A stretch of 64,000 bases of DNA from Proteromonas lacertae (Eukaryota), in contig NGBS01000877.1 of the NCBI GenBank assembly GCA_002245135.1, positions 124,001 through 188,000 on the forward strand, read 5' to 3'. The notes beneath the pieces are model-generated. The model did not search any database. It worked only from the letters and a program-made list of their open reading frames with translations, and was not told where the DNA came from. Shown one piece after another: positions 28,229-40,626 of this stretch (position 1 is the first letter of the stretch; each line of letters starts with the position of its first letter). Both the position numbers and the translations under genes were made by a program.

Positions 28229-28819
28229 CCAATATCAGATGCTTTACAGTCATTAGCTTATAGAGGATCGGATGATCGAAATGATGGTGGTGAAGAAGAA
28301 GATTATGGTGAGGAAGAGGAAGATGAACCAGTATTACCAACTCAATTAAACTATGAAAAAATGAAAAATGACTTGGAAAACCAACAGAATATAATATCAT
28401 CACATGAAGATTTATGGCAAGCCGATATTAAGAAGTATAATGAAATGTTTGAGAATAATCTACAGATTATTGATGTAGTAAATTCTTCGTTAAATTATTT
28501 ACAACAGCAACAACAACTAACGCCAGATGATAATTCATTGTTTATTTTAAATCAACAGATATTATCAATAGTTAGTAAACAACAATCTGATATAAAAGAT
28601 TTTATTACTTCTTATAATATGGAAAGAGATAATCTGTTTAAACAGTGTCATGAATTTATTGATCAAATAAAAGCATCACTACCTGATGTAGATGGAAAGG
28701 AAATACCCAAAATTGTATTAAAATATGAGAATAAACTAAAAGAAAAAGAGGAAAGAGATTTGCAACCTTTGTCATATTATCAACTCTTTTTAAGAGAAAT
28801 GAAACAAAAACTATTGTAA
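24261..28819 (+). CDS. Divergent Hsp110/Hsp70-like ATPase domain with long non-canonical C-terminus (multi-exon; single-gene model inferred)
   Basis: YGIDLG, VDIGY, AKEKLSA, IIIVGGTCRIPQIK and DTDVSSGC motifs. Downstream exons are helical or low-complexity and include polyQ. Confidence 0.65.
28181..28228 (+). repeat. (CAA)16 microsatellite encoding polyQ
   Basis: Read directly from the sequence. Confidence 0.9.
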
Positions 28820-28867
28820 TTAATAATAAGTGAATTAAAATGTAATAATATTTTTATTCTTTATTAG

Positions 28868-30092
28868 TTTCTAAACAAATATCACTTTTATTCAAAATTT
28901 GAAAATTCTTTTGATAATTCTTTCTTTTCTTCTTCTGAAATTCCATCTAATTTTATATCAGATTATCTATTCAACAATTATTAAATATTCATATAGTTAT
29001 ACTCTGAATAAATAACTTTTCAATATTATTTATATCTTTTATATAATTCATCAAATATTCTATTCCATTTGAATCTATAATATTACCACTTAAATCTAGT
29101 TTTACCTTTCCATTTATACTCTTTAAACCATCCAACAAATATTTCAGTCCATCTGAGGATAATCCCATTTCTATTTAATATAAGATAATAACTACTATAC
29201 TTGAACAGTTAATCTCATAATAATCAGTTAATAAATGTAAATGCGGAGATAATATTTTCATTCCATCATCACCTATTTCATTTTCATACAACTGAAGTTG
29301 TTGAAGGTTAGGTAATGAAGACAAATAACTAATCAAAACTTCAACACTTTTATATGTTAAATTATTTTCTAATAAATAGAAAACATCAACATATACTACT
29401 CAAATCCATTCTTCTTATCATTTTCACTTTATTTAATCTTAAATCAATGAATGATTTGAAAAATTCATCCTCAATATCAAAACTACTCAGATTTAATGGA
29501 AAACAAGGCAGATTGATGTATTTGATTAACTCTGGGGTTTTATCAATCAATAATTCTTTACTTCTTGAACTAATATCAAGCTCTATTTTTGAAACAGGAA
29601 ATTTGAAGAATAAATCTTTCAATGCATTTCCATGAATATTCCTATTTCCCCTAATATCTATTTTCTTAATATTTGAATATTTATATAGCTCTTCTGATAA
29701 TAATGTCATTGATTGATCATTCAAATTCATCCAACGAAGATTTAATTCATTATTCTTATTGATCAATAAATGTAAATATGGAAGTAATAATTTGAATCCT
29801 TTTGGACCAATTAGGATTGGCTAATTTAAAATAATATAATAATATAATAAACACATGAAAGATTAACATATTTCAATTTCATGAATGGAATTGATATAAC
29901 AAATGATTCAACAAAATGAGAAGTAAGATTAGAATTGAATAAATCTATTTCTCGCAGATTTGATAATTGAGATAATAAAGATCCAAGTAATGACAATGAC
30001 TGATGTTGGATTGGAATAGTGTAAGTATAATCTATATAAATAATTATGTTAGAAATACTAAAATATACCAAATTTGAGTTTTATTGGATTGA
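28868..30092 (-). pseudogene. 5'-truncated LRR-only copy 3 of the kinase-LRR family
   Basis: LLINKNNELNLRWMNLNDQSMTLLSEELYKY matches copies 1 and 2, and the tail GISEEEKKELS matches copy 1. No kinase part. Frameshift at ~29811. Confidence 0.75.
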
Positions 30093-30256
30093 TTCAAAAT
30101 ATTAAGTCGTTTCAATTTTCAGTTATTTTTATTTTCTCTTCAATAAACATCAACAAGCAATATTAATAAACTAATAAACGATCGGAAAATATTATAAATA
30201 ACGACAATTTCACTTATATACATCATATATATACACAAATAATGAATGTCTTTAAT

Positions 30257-31975
30257 TTATAGTAAAGGATGTTTCTTCTTCTTATATCTTTTACAATACA
30301 TTGGAATCTCATGAATTTCACAACTTTCTATTTGTTTCTTTATATCAACAGCAGAATAACTACAACAAGAAGAAGAAGAAGAAAGAGAGGTTTTAGATTT
30401 CGATGATTTGGCTTTGGCTTTGGCTTTGGTTTTTGTTAATGCAGAAGCAGTTGTTGTTGTTGTTGTTGGTAATGATGATGATGATTGATTCTTCTTCTTT
30501 TTAGATTTTATTACAAATGGAGATTCTTGAATCTTCCAATAACTACCTTTAATATTATAAGTTGGACAAGTTTTCATTATATTCTCCTCTAAGATTCGAT
30601 CAGATCTTTTATATACATTTTGAATTGAAGAAACAGGAATAAGCTATTAATTATAATATATAATAATATACATACATGTTGTTGTTGTTGTTGTGATTGT
30701 TGTTTAGTTCTAACATGTGAAAATGGTAATCTGTTATTATTATTATTATTAATTGATGTTGAAAGTGGAGAGAGTGGCTTCATTGATAGTAATGGCAATG
30801 TGCTACTAAACTCTATTAATCTCTCATCTCGAAATTCTTTTTTGCCTTTACAGATTCGATTTAGTTTTCTTATACATTCTGTTGATTTACATAACTTATT
30901 AAATCGATTAAAATCTCTCTCATATAATCTCAATATTGTTACTGGAGAAGAAGCTATTACACTATATTCATATATATCATTCTTTAAACATAATAATTCT
31001 TCACCATAGAATGTACCTCTTGGATAGATCGATAATTCTATTGGTTTATTTGTTAAAGGATTATTAATTAATATTTTCACCATTCCTTCATAGATAAAAT
31101 CGATTCCTTCTATTTTATCACCTTCTTTATGAATTATGGTAGAGTTTCGGTAATGACAACACTTACTCCAATATACGATACTACTCGTTCTACTTATATT
31201 CCAATCACTAAATATATCCACTCGTGTTAAAGACTCAATTTGAGCTTCAAAATCTTCAGATAAGAAGTGTTTATTTCGTATATATTTATCAAAAGAATTC
31301 TTATGAATTGAAAGTAATTCAGTATAATCTGGAGCTATCGCTGTTGCTGTTCGGATTGGATCTTTTGACATTAATGCTAATTCACCAAAATATTTACCTT
31401 GAGGCAATGTTTCTAATATTTTCGATAGATTAATTGAATTTCCTAGTATTTTGGCTTTTTCAGTGATTGGAGAGTTTTGTAGCTTTGGAAAACCTTCATG
31501 TTCAATTTTGAATTTTTCATCAGTGTATTGCTTATGTAAATCCATATCTATATTCTTTAAATCAGCTAACATTATATTCACACTTCCTGAAAATATGATA
31601 TAATAGGATGTACCTATTTCTGTCTGTAAGAATATCAATTCTTTAGGTGCATACTCCTGATATATAATGTTCTGTGCTACATCTTCCAGATCTTTTGGAT
31701 GAAGCTTAGATAATAACCTCTTTTCAGGATAAAGTGATTGTTGTTCTGTTTGTAACAACCAGCTGCATATTACTTTAACAGATCTCTCAGATCTGTCACC
31801 TACATCATATCTTCTTAGTATTTCTCTGGTCTCTCTAGTTACTTCTGAGTAAATTGTTGGTATAGGTTTTTCTTCCGGTTCTTCATACTTCCTCAAAATC
31901 ATCTTTAAACACCTCTTCATCCTTCTGTTCATTATCAAGGTAATTCTCTTCGTTATTCTGATTATCTTGATCCAT
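30257..31975 (-). CDS. Protein with two cyclic-nucleotide-binding domains
   Basis: IFLQTEIGTSYYIIFSGSV...GKYFGELAL..IRTATAIA, then a second domain GDKIEGIDFIYEG...GTFYGE. The 5' exon structure is uncertain. Confidence 0.8.
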
Positions 31976-32061
31976 AAAATACTCTATATCATTCAATAGG
32001 ATTTATTTATAAAACTGTGTAACTGACGATTTTCAAACGAACTAATTTTTTAATTTTTATC

Positions 32062-33416
32062 ATGAAAAGTGGTGATGTGTTGAAGACTAAGGAAGGTGAT
32101 TTTACAGTATTACATTTTTAATAGTAACAATATAATAGATAATCACCTTGATAAGGACAACCATGTGCGGTGAATTATACGAAGCCAGTTGGAGCAAAAT
32201 TAACAAAAGTGTAGCTTTGAAGATCAGTAAACTAGTATATTATGAGAGTATCATTTTTATATAGCGTCCTTTTGCTCATGTTTACGAAAATCCGAAACAG
32301 GAAGCAGATTTGTTGGAAAAATTAAAACCTCAAGCTAAAGATCATGGCGTTGTTTATCTTTTTACTTCATTTCAAGAGAGTTACTTGTTTAAAGATGATG
32401 AAGCTCCCCAAGAAGCAATTTATCAAGTAATGGAATATCTTCCTGGTTTGACCGTGTTAGATTTTGTAAATCAGGAGATTCTAGATAATCGATACTCTTC
32501 AACCGAATTTTGCAATAGTGAAGAGAGAAAAGACATTGTAAAGCAATTAGTAGATATATTAGCATATTTTCATCACAATCATTTTGTTCATTTAGATTTT
32601 ACTTTAGAAAATTTAATGTTTAATGAAGATAATCGTGTAGTAGCAATAGATTTCGGTTTAGCCCAACACTGTAAGGATAATAACGAAGTTGCTATATTCA
32701 GTGGTAAAAGAATCTACTTACCTCCTGAGACTTATACTAATCATTCCCATTATGATGGTACTAAGAGAGATATATGGTCATTAGGTGTATGTCTGTATAC
32801 ACTATATAGTGGTAACTATTTTCTAACTAACAAAGACACAATAGAGAGTGTATGTAATATTTTAAAGTATGGTTTTGACTACTATTTACAATCTCATTAT
32901 CCATTAGGAATTACATGGCCTAAACCATTGAAAGATCTTATTAGTAGATGTTTGTATATTAATCCTAACAAAAGACCAACAATTGATGATATAATTAGAC
33001 ATCCTTGGATAGAATCGAGTAGAAAAGCACCAAAGACATTTAGATTTATTACTCGAATTACTAATGCAGTAAAAAAATCATTTATGGGTGCAAAAGGAAA
33101 GAAAGAAGAAGTTGAGTCAATCAAAGAGCCATTCTTAAACAAGAAGACTTCACTTTTCTTCAAATCTCCTGATAGCAGTATGAATATAGTTGAAGAGAAG
33201 GTTAAAGAAGAAAAGAAAGAACCATCTCCCTCTATACCAACTCATCGTCAAATACCACAAATTAAAAACGAAGAAGTTCAAAAGAGTGTTCCATCTCCTG
33301 GTACTACTGCATTTATGAGGTCTTTAGGTGGACAGAAGAAGGGTATTGTTGTTAGAGATAGTCCAAGTGAATTCCATAGAGTAATGAAGTTTATGGGTAA
33401 AAAAGAGACTAAGTAA
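32062..33416 (+). CDS. Ser/Thr protein kinase (HLD-type), paralog of the gene at 9734
   Basis: Same HLDFTLENL, DFG and IYLPPETY motifs and the same two 5' intron positions. Confidence 0.87.
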
Positions 33417-33560
33417 ATATATTAATACGTCATTTTTCTAGAAAATTATATCAACCATCCTTTTAAATATATTTTTTGTTTATTAATTACAAAAATTACA
33501 AAAAAAATGAAAAACACACAGAAGAATACCTATCAACAACAAAATGTTAATATATATTTC

Positions 33561-34330
33561 TTATTCTAAGTTTGATTTACCTAGAGATGATGTAATATCA
33601 TTCCAGACCTTCTCCATTGGTTGATTAGCATTAATAGTAGCTACTTTACCTTTACCACCATAATAATCAACAATTGGAGCTGTTTGATTATGATAAGCTT
33701 GTAATCTTGCAACTAATACCTCTTCAGTATCATCTTTTCTTTGAGTTAATGGTTCACCAGTGATATCATCCTTACCTTCCACCTTTGGTGGGTTGAATAA
33801 GATATGGTATGATCTACCACTTGGAATATGTACTCTACGACCTGTGATACGTGGTACTAATACTTCATCGGGGATTTCCATGTGTATAACCTTATCAATT
33901 GATACATGTTTCTCTTGTAACATTTCATCTAATAAGTGAGCTTGAGCTACAGTTCTTGGGAATCCATCAAGAATGAAACCTTTAGCACAATCTGGACGAT
34001 CGAGTGCATCCTTTACAATACCAACGACAATATCATCACTTACTAATTGTCCTGCTTCCATTACTGCTTTTGCACGTTTACCATTTTCTGTACCTTTAGC
34101 AACAGCATCTCTCAACATATCACCAGTAGCTAAATGGCATAAACAGTATTCAGACTTTATTTTTGGTGCTTGTGTTCCTTTTCCACAACCTGGTGGTCCT
34201 ATACAATTGATTACACAGCAAATATTATACCAATAAGAATTGTTCTAGTTTCCTTCTTCTTACTGCATTCTAATCTACGTTTTAACTCTTCTAAAAGAGC
34301 AGCGGTTGGAACAGATTCTAATGAAGCCAT
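33561..34330 (-). CDS. ADK: Adenylate kinase (AK2/ADK1 type)
   Basis: [11 protein letters not shown]-loop, [19 protein letters not shown] and the LID region [13 protein letters not shown]; one intron. Confidence 0.95.
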
Positions 34331-34388
34331 AAAAAAAGATTTTTAAATGTTGATTAAAAAGCTCAAGCCAAGCTTATCAAAGTTTCGA

Positions 34389-34946
34389 ATGGAATTTTTA
34401 GTTAGATTTCAGCTCAGTATGATTTTATTAATCCATTAAATATTTTAGATGAACAGACTATACATGCTAATGTAAAATCTACAGATACAATTCTAGATAT
34501 CAAGTCAAAGTATTTTGCTCAAGTGTATAGACAAGGGAAAAATGTTAGATTGATATTTCAAGTATATTAAAAATGATTTTATGTAGTAAAAATTAGGGAA
34601 GAGAACTTCAAAATGAAAATACAGTAGAATATTATCATATCACTCCAGATTCTGTGATATTAGTTGCTGAACAGCTACAACAACAGCAACATTATGAAGA
34701 TTATCAAAAGTTCAAATCTTTCACATGCTTTGTATTTAGATGATTTACAAGGTATTTCAATATACTTACTGGTATTTCTTATTGGGCTATGGTATTATGG
34801 TATAACTAATCCAGGTGTATTTATTGTCATTATTTTTGATTTTTTAGGCATATTCAATAATAATTTGGTGTACTTTAATTCTTATAACTGGAGCGTTTGC
34901 ATTGTTTAGAATGTACATTGCGTTAGTAGATAGCTCTAATAATTAA
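34389..34946 (+). CDS. Ubiquitin-like domain plus two-TM membrane protein (TMUB/Dsc3-like)
   Basis: TILDIKSKYF..VRLIFQGRELQNENTVEYYHI ubiquitin-like motif followed by two hydrophobic segments; three introns. Confidence 0.65.
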
Positions 34947-35796
34947 AGAATAATTTAATCTATTTTTGTCAATTTTTTGTCAATCTTGTGATTCTTGTCA
35001 TTACTAACTTATGTTTCTATTATAAAATGAATGTTCCTATAATTTATCAGTTTGTTCATTAAGCACTATTATTTGCTTTCTGCTTCTCAATTAACACATT
35101 CTAAGACTTGTTTTTATCGCTCGTCTACATACAATATAAACAGAAAAATGAATTTCTTTATATCTTTCTTTATCATAATTATCTAACTCCTTTATAAATT
35201 CATCCAATAAAATAAAAGTTTGATTTTTGTGTTAGAAAAACAGTTACAATAGTTTTTTTAAGGTTAAATTAGCTTCAAAATACGGCCGACAACATATTTA
35301 TACGCTAATTGTATTGTAATGTTCAATCAAATACACCATTCAATTTGTTTTTGCACAATTTATTATTCAATTTTAATTATTAGATCTACTATTTAAATCA
35401 ACTGCAGCAATATGCATCATTAAGATTTAGTATAAGTGATTAGGTTATATTTCTCACAGAATTATAAAACGTCATAATAAATATATCATATCATTATGTA
35501 GTTATAGCCGCCCAATATTATAAATTTTATGATAGAAGAGTAGTTATGTCTTTTTGTTTCTTTATTGCATTTAAGAAATGAAGAAATAGTCGATATTGTC
35601 TATATGCCCTATATATGATGTATTTAGTCCGATTAGCATATGCACTTCTAATTAGCTTAGTGATTTTTAATATATACATCAAAATAAAAATATCACAAAA
35701 TAAATGAGAGAAAAATTGTATAGATTGTATTTAATCAAATAATAACGAATCTAAATAATAATATACAATAATGAAACATGAAAAACACTAACATAA

Positions 35797-38681
35797 TCAC
35801 ATTTCTTCTGGTGATAGTGGTCTACTTGGTTTTCTTGATTCTAATTCCTGTCTAAACATTTTAAACCTATGAATAATAACACATATAAACTATACTCATC
35901 ACTTTCTATAAACTTTGGATATAAATCTCTTTCCATTAACATCTCCGTTTCTTTTTCAGCTTGTAGGAATAATGCTGGAAAAGAGTTGTCTTTATAACTC
36001 TCCAATATTTTAGAAGAAATATCAGGAGGCAAATCAACATGCATTTTACTATTTTCTATTATATACTTATTCACTATTTTCTTTGCTTTCACTTTCATAT
36101 AACCAATATCAGGGATTAACTTATATTCTTCACATTCAACCCAGAAGAAATATAAATTAGTTTGATTTATCTTATTACAGAATAAACGAAAATGATTTGA
36201 ACATCTTTGATCACGTAGTACTTGGTAAATAGAATCAATACAATATGGACTAACACTTGATTCATTGTCAATTGGTGGACTTTCACTAAAACTCTTCTTC
36301 TTTTTCAATTTTTCACTATTTTCATTATACAATTTCAATAAATCTTTAAACTGTTCACTTTCTATAAATGATGGATATAACGTATCTTTCATTAATATAT
36401 ATATTTCATTCTGTGATAGATTGAATGTAGCAGGTGATGCTTGAACTTTGTCTAAGTAAATTTCTACTGATTTTAAAGCATCATCACTTACAGTAACAGG
36501 TTGTTTTGCATCTTTCGCTAAATATCTTTGGTATATTTTCCTAGCTCTTACATTTAAATAGGGGGATTTTGGTATTCTACGAAAATCTTCAACATCCACC
36601 CAAAAATGCAAACAAGCATCATAGAATTGAGATGATAAATACTTCTCAAAAAATACACAATATTGTGATGTTGATAATATTTCATTGAATTTGATTGGAC
36701 ATTCAGGTTTCAAATCAGTTTGACAGATTGTATTAATATTATTATTACTTTTTAAAAACTCTAAATATACATTACTCTCCAGAAAATGAATATATTCAGT
36801 TTTCTCTAACTGTGTAATAACATTGTTAATTATTGGATCAAACAGTGTTTGTTTACATTCACTGGGTAAACCGATTCTGGAGCAAACTATCTGTTTACAT
36901 TCTTCATCAATATCTAATTCTTGTTTACTTCCTCTTTGTATGTATTTCATATATATTTTTCTTGCTCTTCCCATCATATAATCCTTTCTATTTGGTGGAA
37001 TACATCTATACTCTTGAACTTCCTTATAGAAATTAATTAAATTCTTATTATATTCGTTATTTAATTGTGTTTCAAACATTTGACATAAAGCTTGATTTGA
37101 TAATATTTCAGATATTGTATTTACTGATTTTGTAGGTAAAGATGATAGAAATTTAAAATCATAATGACTAGTTTTCCTATGAATAGTCTCAGATTCTAAT
37201 TCATATTGTTTATATTCAGGACTTCGTAAGAAATCATCTAAATAATTAGTCATTAAATATAATAATGATAAATCACTTGCATGCATAAAAACATCATATG
37301 GATAATTGCAATCTTTCTCATTCCATGTTGCTAATCTGTCTACTATTGATTGTATCAATTCTTTGTCTGTTGTTCACTTGTTGTAAGGATCCTTGTCTTA
37401 TATATTTATCATATATCTTTGAAGCTTGAGTTAAGAAGAATTCATTACATAATACTTTTTCTCTTTCTTTGGTTGTTTCATCAGTTGTTGTGTCTTTATT
37501 ATTGATTATTGGATCATCTTTTAATGAACAAAACATATTGTAAAAATCATTCACATTTAAGTAGAAGTATAAATGTTCTATCTTTCCACCAGTGTTAGTT
37601 AAATATGTTTTGAAATAATAACATTTCCTCGATGAATTCAATATTTTATCCATCATTGTCATCTTTTTTCCTAATTCTATTTTATCTTTGGTGGTATTAC
37701 ACTTTGTTAAATTAAAATCCCATTTCTGATGCAATTGTTGTTGAGGTGGTGATAATGGTGGAGATTGAATTGGTGGAAGTTGCTGTGGTAATTGCTGTGA
37801 CTGTATTTGCGATTGTTGTTGATGTAACGGAGCTAATTTAATAGGTTGTAATACCTTAGGAGGTGAGAGTGGTGAAAGTAAATGAGATGAGATTTGTGGA
37901 GGTGATTCATTATTTATATTGCTGTTACTGCTACTTCTGTTATAATTATAATTATTATTATTAGCAGCAGCAGTATTAGTATAATTATTACTATTACTTT
38001 TATTAAATGATTCTGAAAATCGAATGAAAGAATCTGCTTCTAGGATTGAGTAGGCTTGATCTTTAAAGTAGTCAAATATAGAGGATGAGGAATTCTCATG
38101 TGCATCTAATTGATTGTTTAGCTCTTCTTTTTCTAGCTGTTCTATTGGAATTGGATAGATTGCATAAGGTGTAAAGTACTTCCCATAGATATCATAAGCT
38201 CTTTTTGTACGAAATTCAGATTCTGGTAGATGTGAATAATCTTCAGCATCAATATAGAACAATAAACAGTTCAATGCGATATTTGGCTCATCTTTTTCTT
38301 TTAATTGATCATATTCATCTTCTAAGAATTTTATGTACTTTTTGCAAGACATTGTATCTTTCAGAATTGACTCTAATCCATACACTACAGAACATCTAGC
38401 ATTTGAACTGGTGCAGGACAAACGACTAGGGTTACTCAATACTTGCCTCAATCCATCGCTTCTAGAACGTTGGCTTCTTCCTCTTTTTACACAGCTATCA
38501 CTATTATCTGATTGTTCAACTCTTCTGTAATCACTTAACCCAAAAATTGCTCCTTGAACTTTTTTCTTATTATCTATTCGATAAATAACAAAACAATACT
38601 TTCAGAAGGTGTTGCAGCTTGACCAATATCCGTCAGTTTAATATCGTCATTATATTTTGTTGCAGAAGCAGCACTACCCAT
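35797..38681 (-). CDS. Multi-RGS (regulator of G-protein signalling) domain protein with about 5 RGS boxes; frameshift at ~37371
   Basis: Repeated F.YL...L.F...E.Y....A.KIY.KY motifs; N-terminal MGSAAS. Confidence 0.85.
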
Positions 38682-38789
38682 ATAATAATTCTATTGACTA
38701 TTGAAGCTATAACGAAAATTTTAAAAACAGTAATGTGGGGTATGAAAATATTTGGTTTATTTTTTTGGTTAAATTTATTTTTTTAAATT

Positions 38790-39053
38790 ATGAAGCTTCC
38801 CTTTCGATTTGCTTTAGCACTAGGTAGGAATTTTGTTATATCTCATTTGATTAGGTGTTGCAAGCATTCCATTGGGATTATTGGTGGGTGGTATTATCAG
38901 ATCCTGTGTTGATGACAAGAAAGTATAAATTAGAATTTTATAAATATTATTATAACTGACTTTATTGACAAATAGAAAGATGATTTGTATTTTGAAGAGA
39001 GAGTTCAGAAAGCTCTAGAAGAGAAGAGAAAACAGTTAGAGGATTGTCAATAA
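38790..39053 (+). CDS. ~59-aa single-pass membrane microprotein (3 exons)
   Basis: MKLPFRFALAL-GVASIPLGLLVGGIIRSCVDDKK-KDDLYFEERVQKALEEKRKQLEDCQ*; both GT-AG introns keep the frame. Confidence 0.65.
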
Positions 39054-39274
39054 GAATGCATTTCTAAAATTAGTGAATAGTAGTTAGTTTGTTTGTAAAT
39101 TTCTCAATTTTTAATCGTTGTTTATTTTCTGCCTTTAAACAACTGTTATTATTTCTGTTCCTATGGATCAATAAGAAATAAGCGTGGAATGAACAAATTC
39201 AAAGAAATACAATTAAATTATTTGTCAAGCCTTCAATCAGTTTTTTTATTTATTTTTTCATAGAGTGTGCTTCA

Positions 39275-40334
39275 ATGAAAAATTGTATAGACCAACAAGG
39301 TATTTGAAGTGTATATTTTTTCCTTAGGTCTACAAATGAATAATCTATACAACAAACCTTCATTACGATCATTTCAGCCGATTGTGATGAGTCCTCCCCA
39401 GATTCTATGTCCACCATATTATATGCCGCAAGATATTTGTCAACCAAATATCGATACAAATTATGTATGGTTGTGATAGATCTTTTTTTTTTAGCCAACT
39501 ATCCAAGCTCCAATGATATTTATAGTCATACCACCAAGTTGTCTAATGCCATCTATGATAAATCCACAGCCACAGAACATTCCCATGAACCAGATCAATC
39601 AAAATTCTGTAGAACATAATGCCGATGGAAACCAAATAAATAATTCATTTAATGCGAATATTCCAATACCAAATACATACTCAAATGCTCAGAACAACAC
39701 GATGAAACAATCAACTGTGAATAATGATAAGGAAAGTGAAGTCTTCAATATACCACCCCAATACAGTCCATCTAATGTCACTAATTGTACATATTGTGGT
39801 GTAGCTGCACAAACTTACCATTGTCCAGATCAATTCCCAATCTGTAAAAATTGTATAAAGCTTGTCGAGCAAGCTATGTCTATTCCTCAAATATTACCGA
39901 ATAGAACACCTCCAAGCCAAGTATCTAACAGAATTTCAGAACCAACAAAGGTAATTAATCCAAACAATAGTTTATCTGCAAACTATGGAAAAGTTCAAAT
40001 ACAAACACTTTACCCAGCTAATACAGCGACTGTACCAACTGCACCACCAACACCACCACCAACAACAACAGCAGCAGCAGTAACGCCAAAAGTGCCAATT
40101 CCACCAACTCCACAATCAATAAGAAAAACTACTGAAAAGGAAGAAGATAAAGAAGGATTTGATAATACCTTATTAGAGAAGAGAAAGAATATTGTCTGGT
40201 GTTCAACCTGTAACAAGAGAGAAGCGTTATGTACAAAAGAAAGACAATATAAAACATGTTTAATGTGTTGCAGAAAGAAAAGAACTAGATATCGAAAGAG
40301 AAAGCGAGAATATAGTGATTTAGCATATATATAG
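39275..40334 (+). CDS. Pro/Gln-rich protein with CxxC-x-CxxC zinc fingers and a basic tail
   Basis: CTYC..CKNC and CSTCNKREALCTKERQYKTCLMCCRKKRTRYRKRKR. Confidence 0.7.
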
Positions 40335-40626
40335 AATATATATACATATTTCAATCATATATATGCATATTTTAATATTCATTCTAATTAACAGCATATT
40401 ATTATATATATATACATAACATTATAAAAAGAAACCTTCATTACATATCAACCAATCTGTAATTCCAATTTCTTTTACTGTGTAAGAATGTTATTAACAT
40501 ATATATATATTATCAACAAATATGCTTATATGAAATGTTGTTGTTTGTGTTGGGGAATGAGAAAATATATAAAAAAAGTGAATAAATATTGTATTTAAAT
40601 AGTATTAAAAGAGAAAAAAAACAAAT

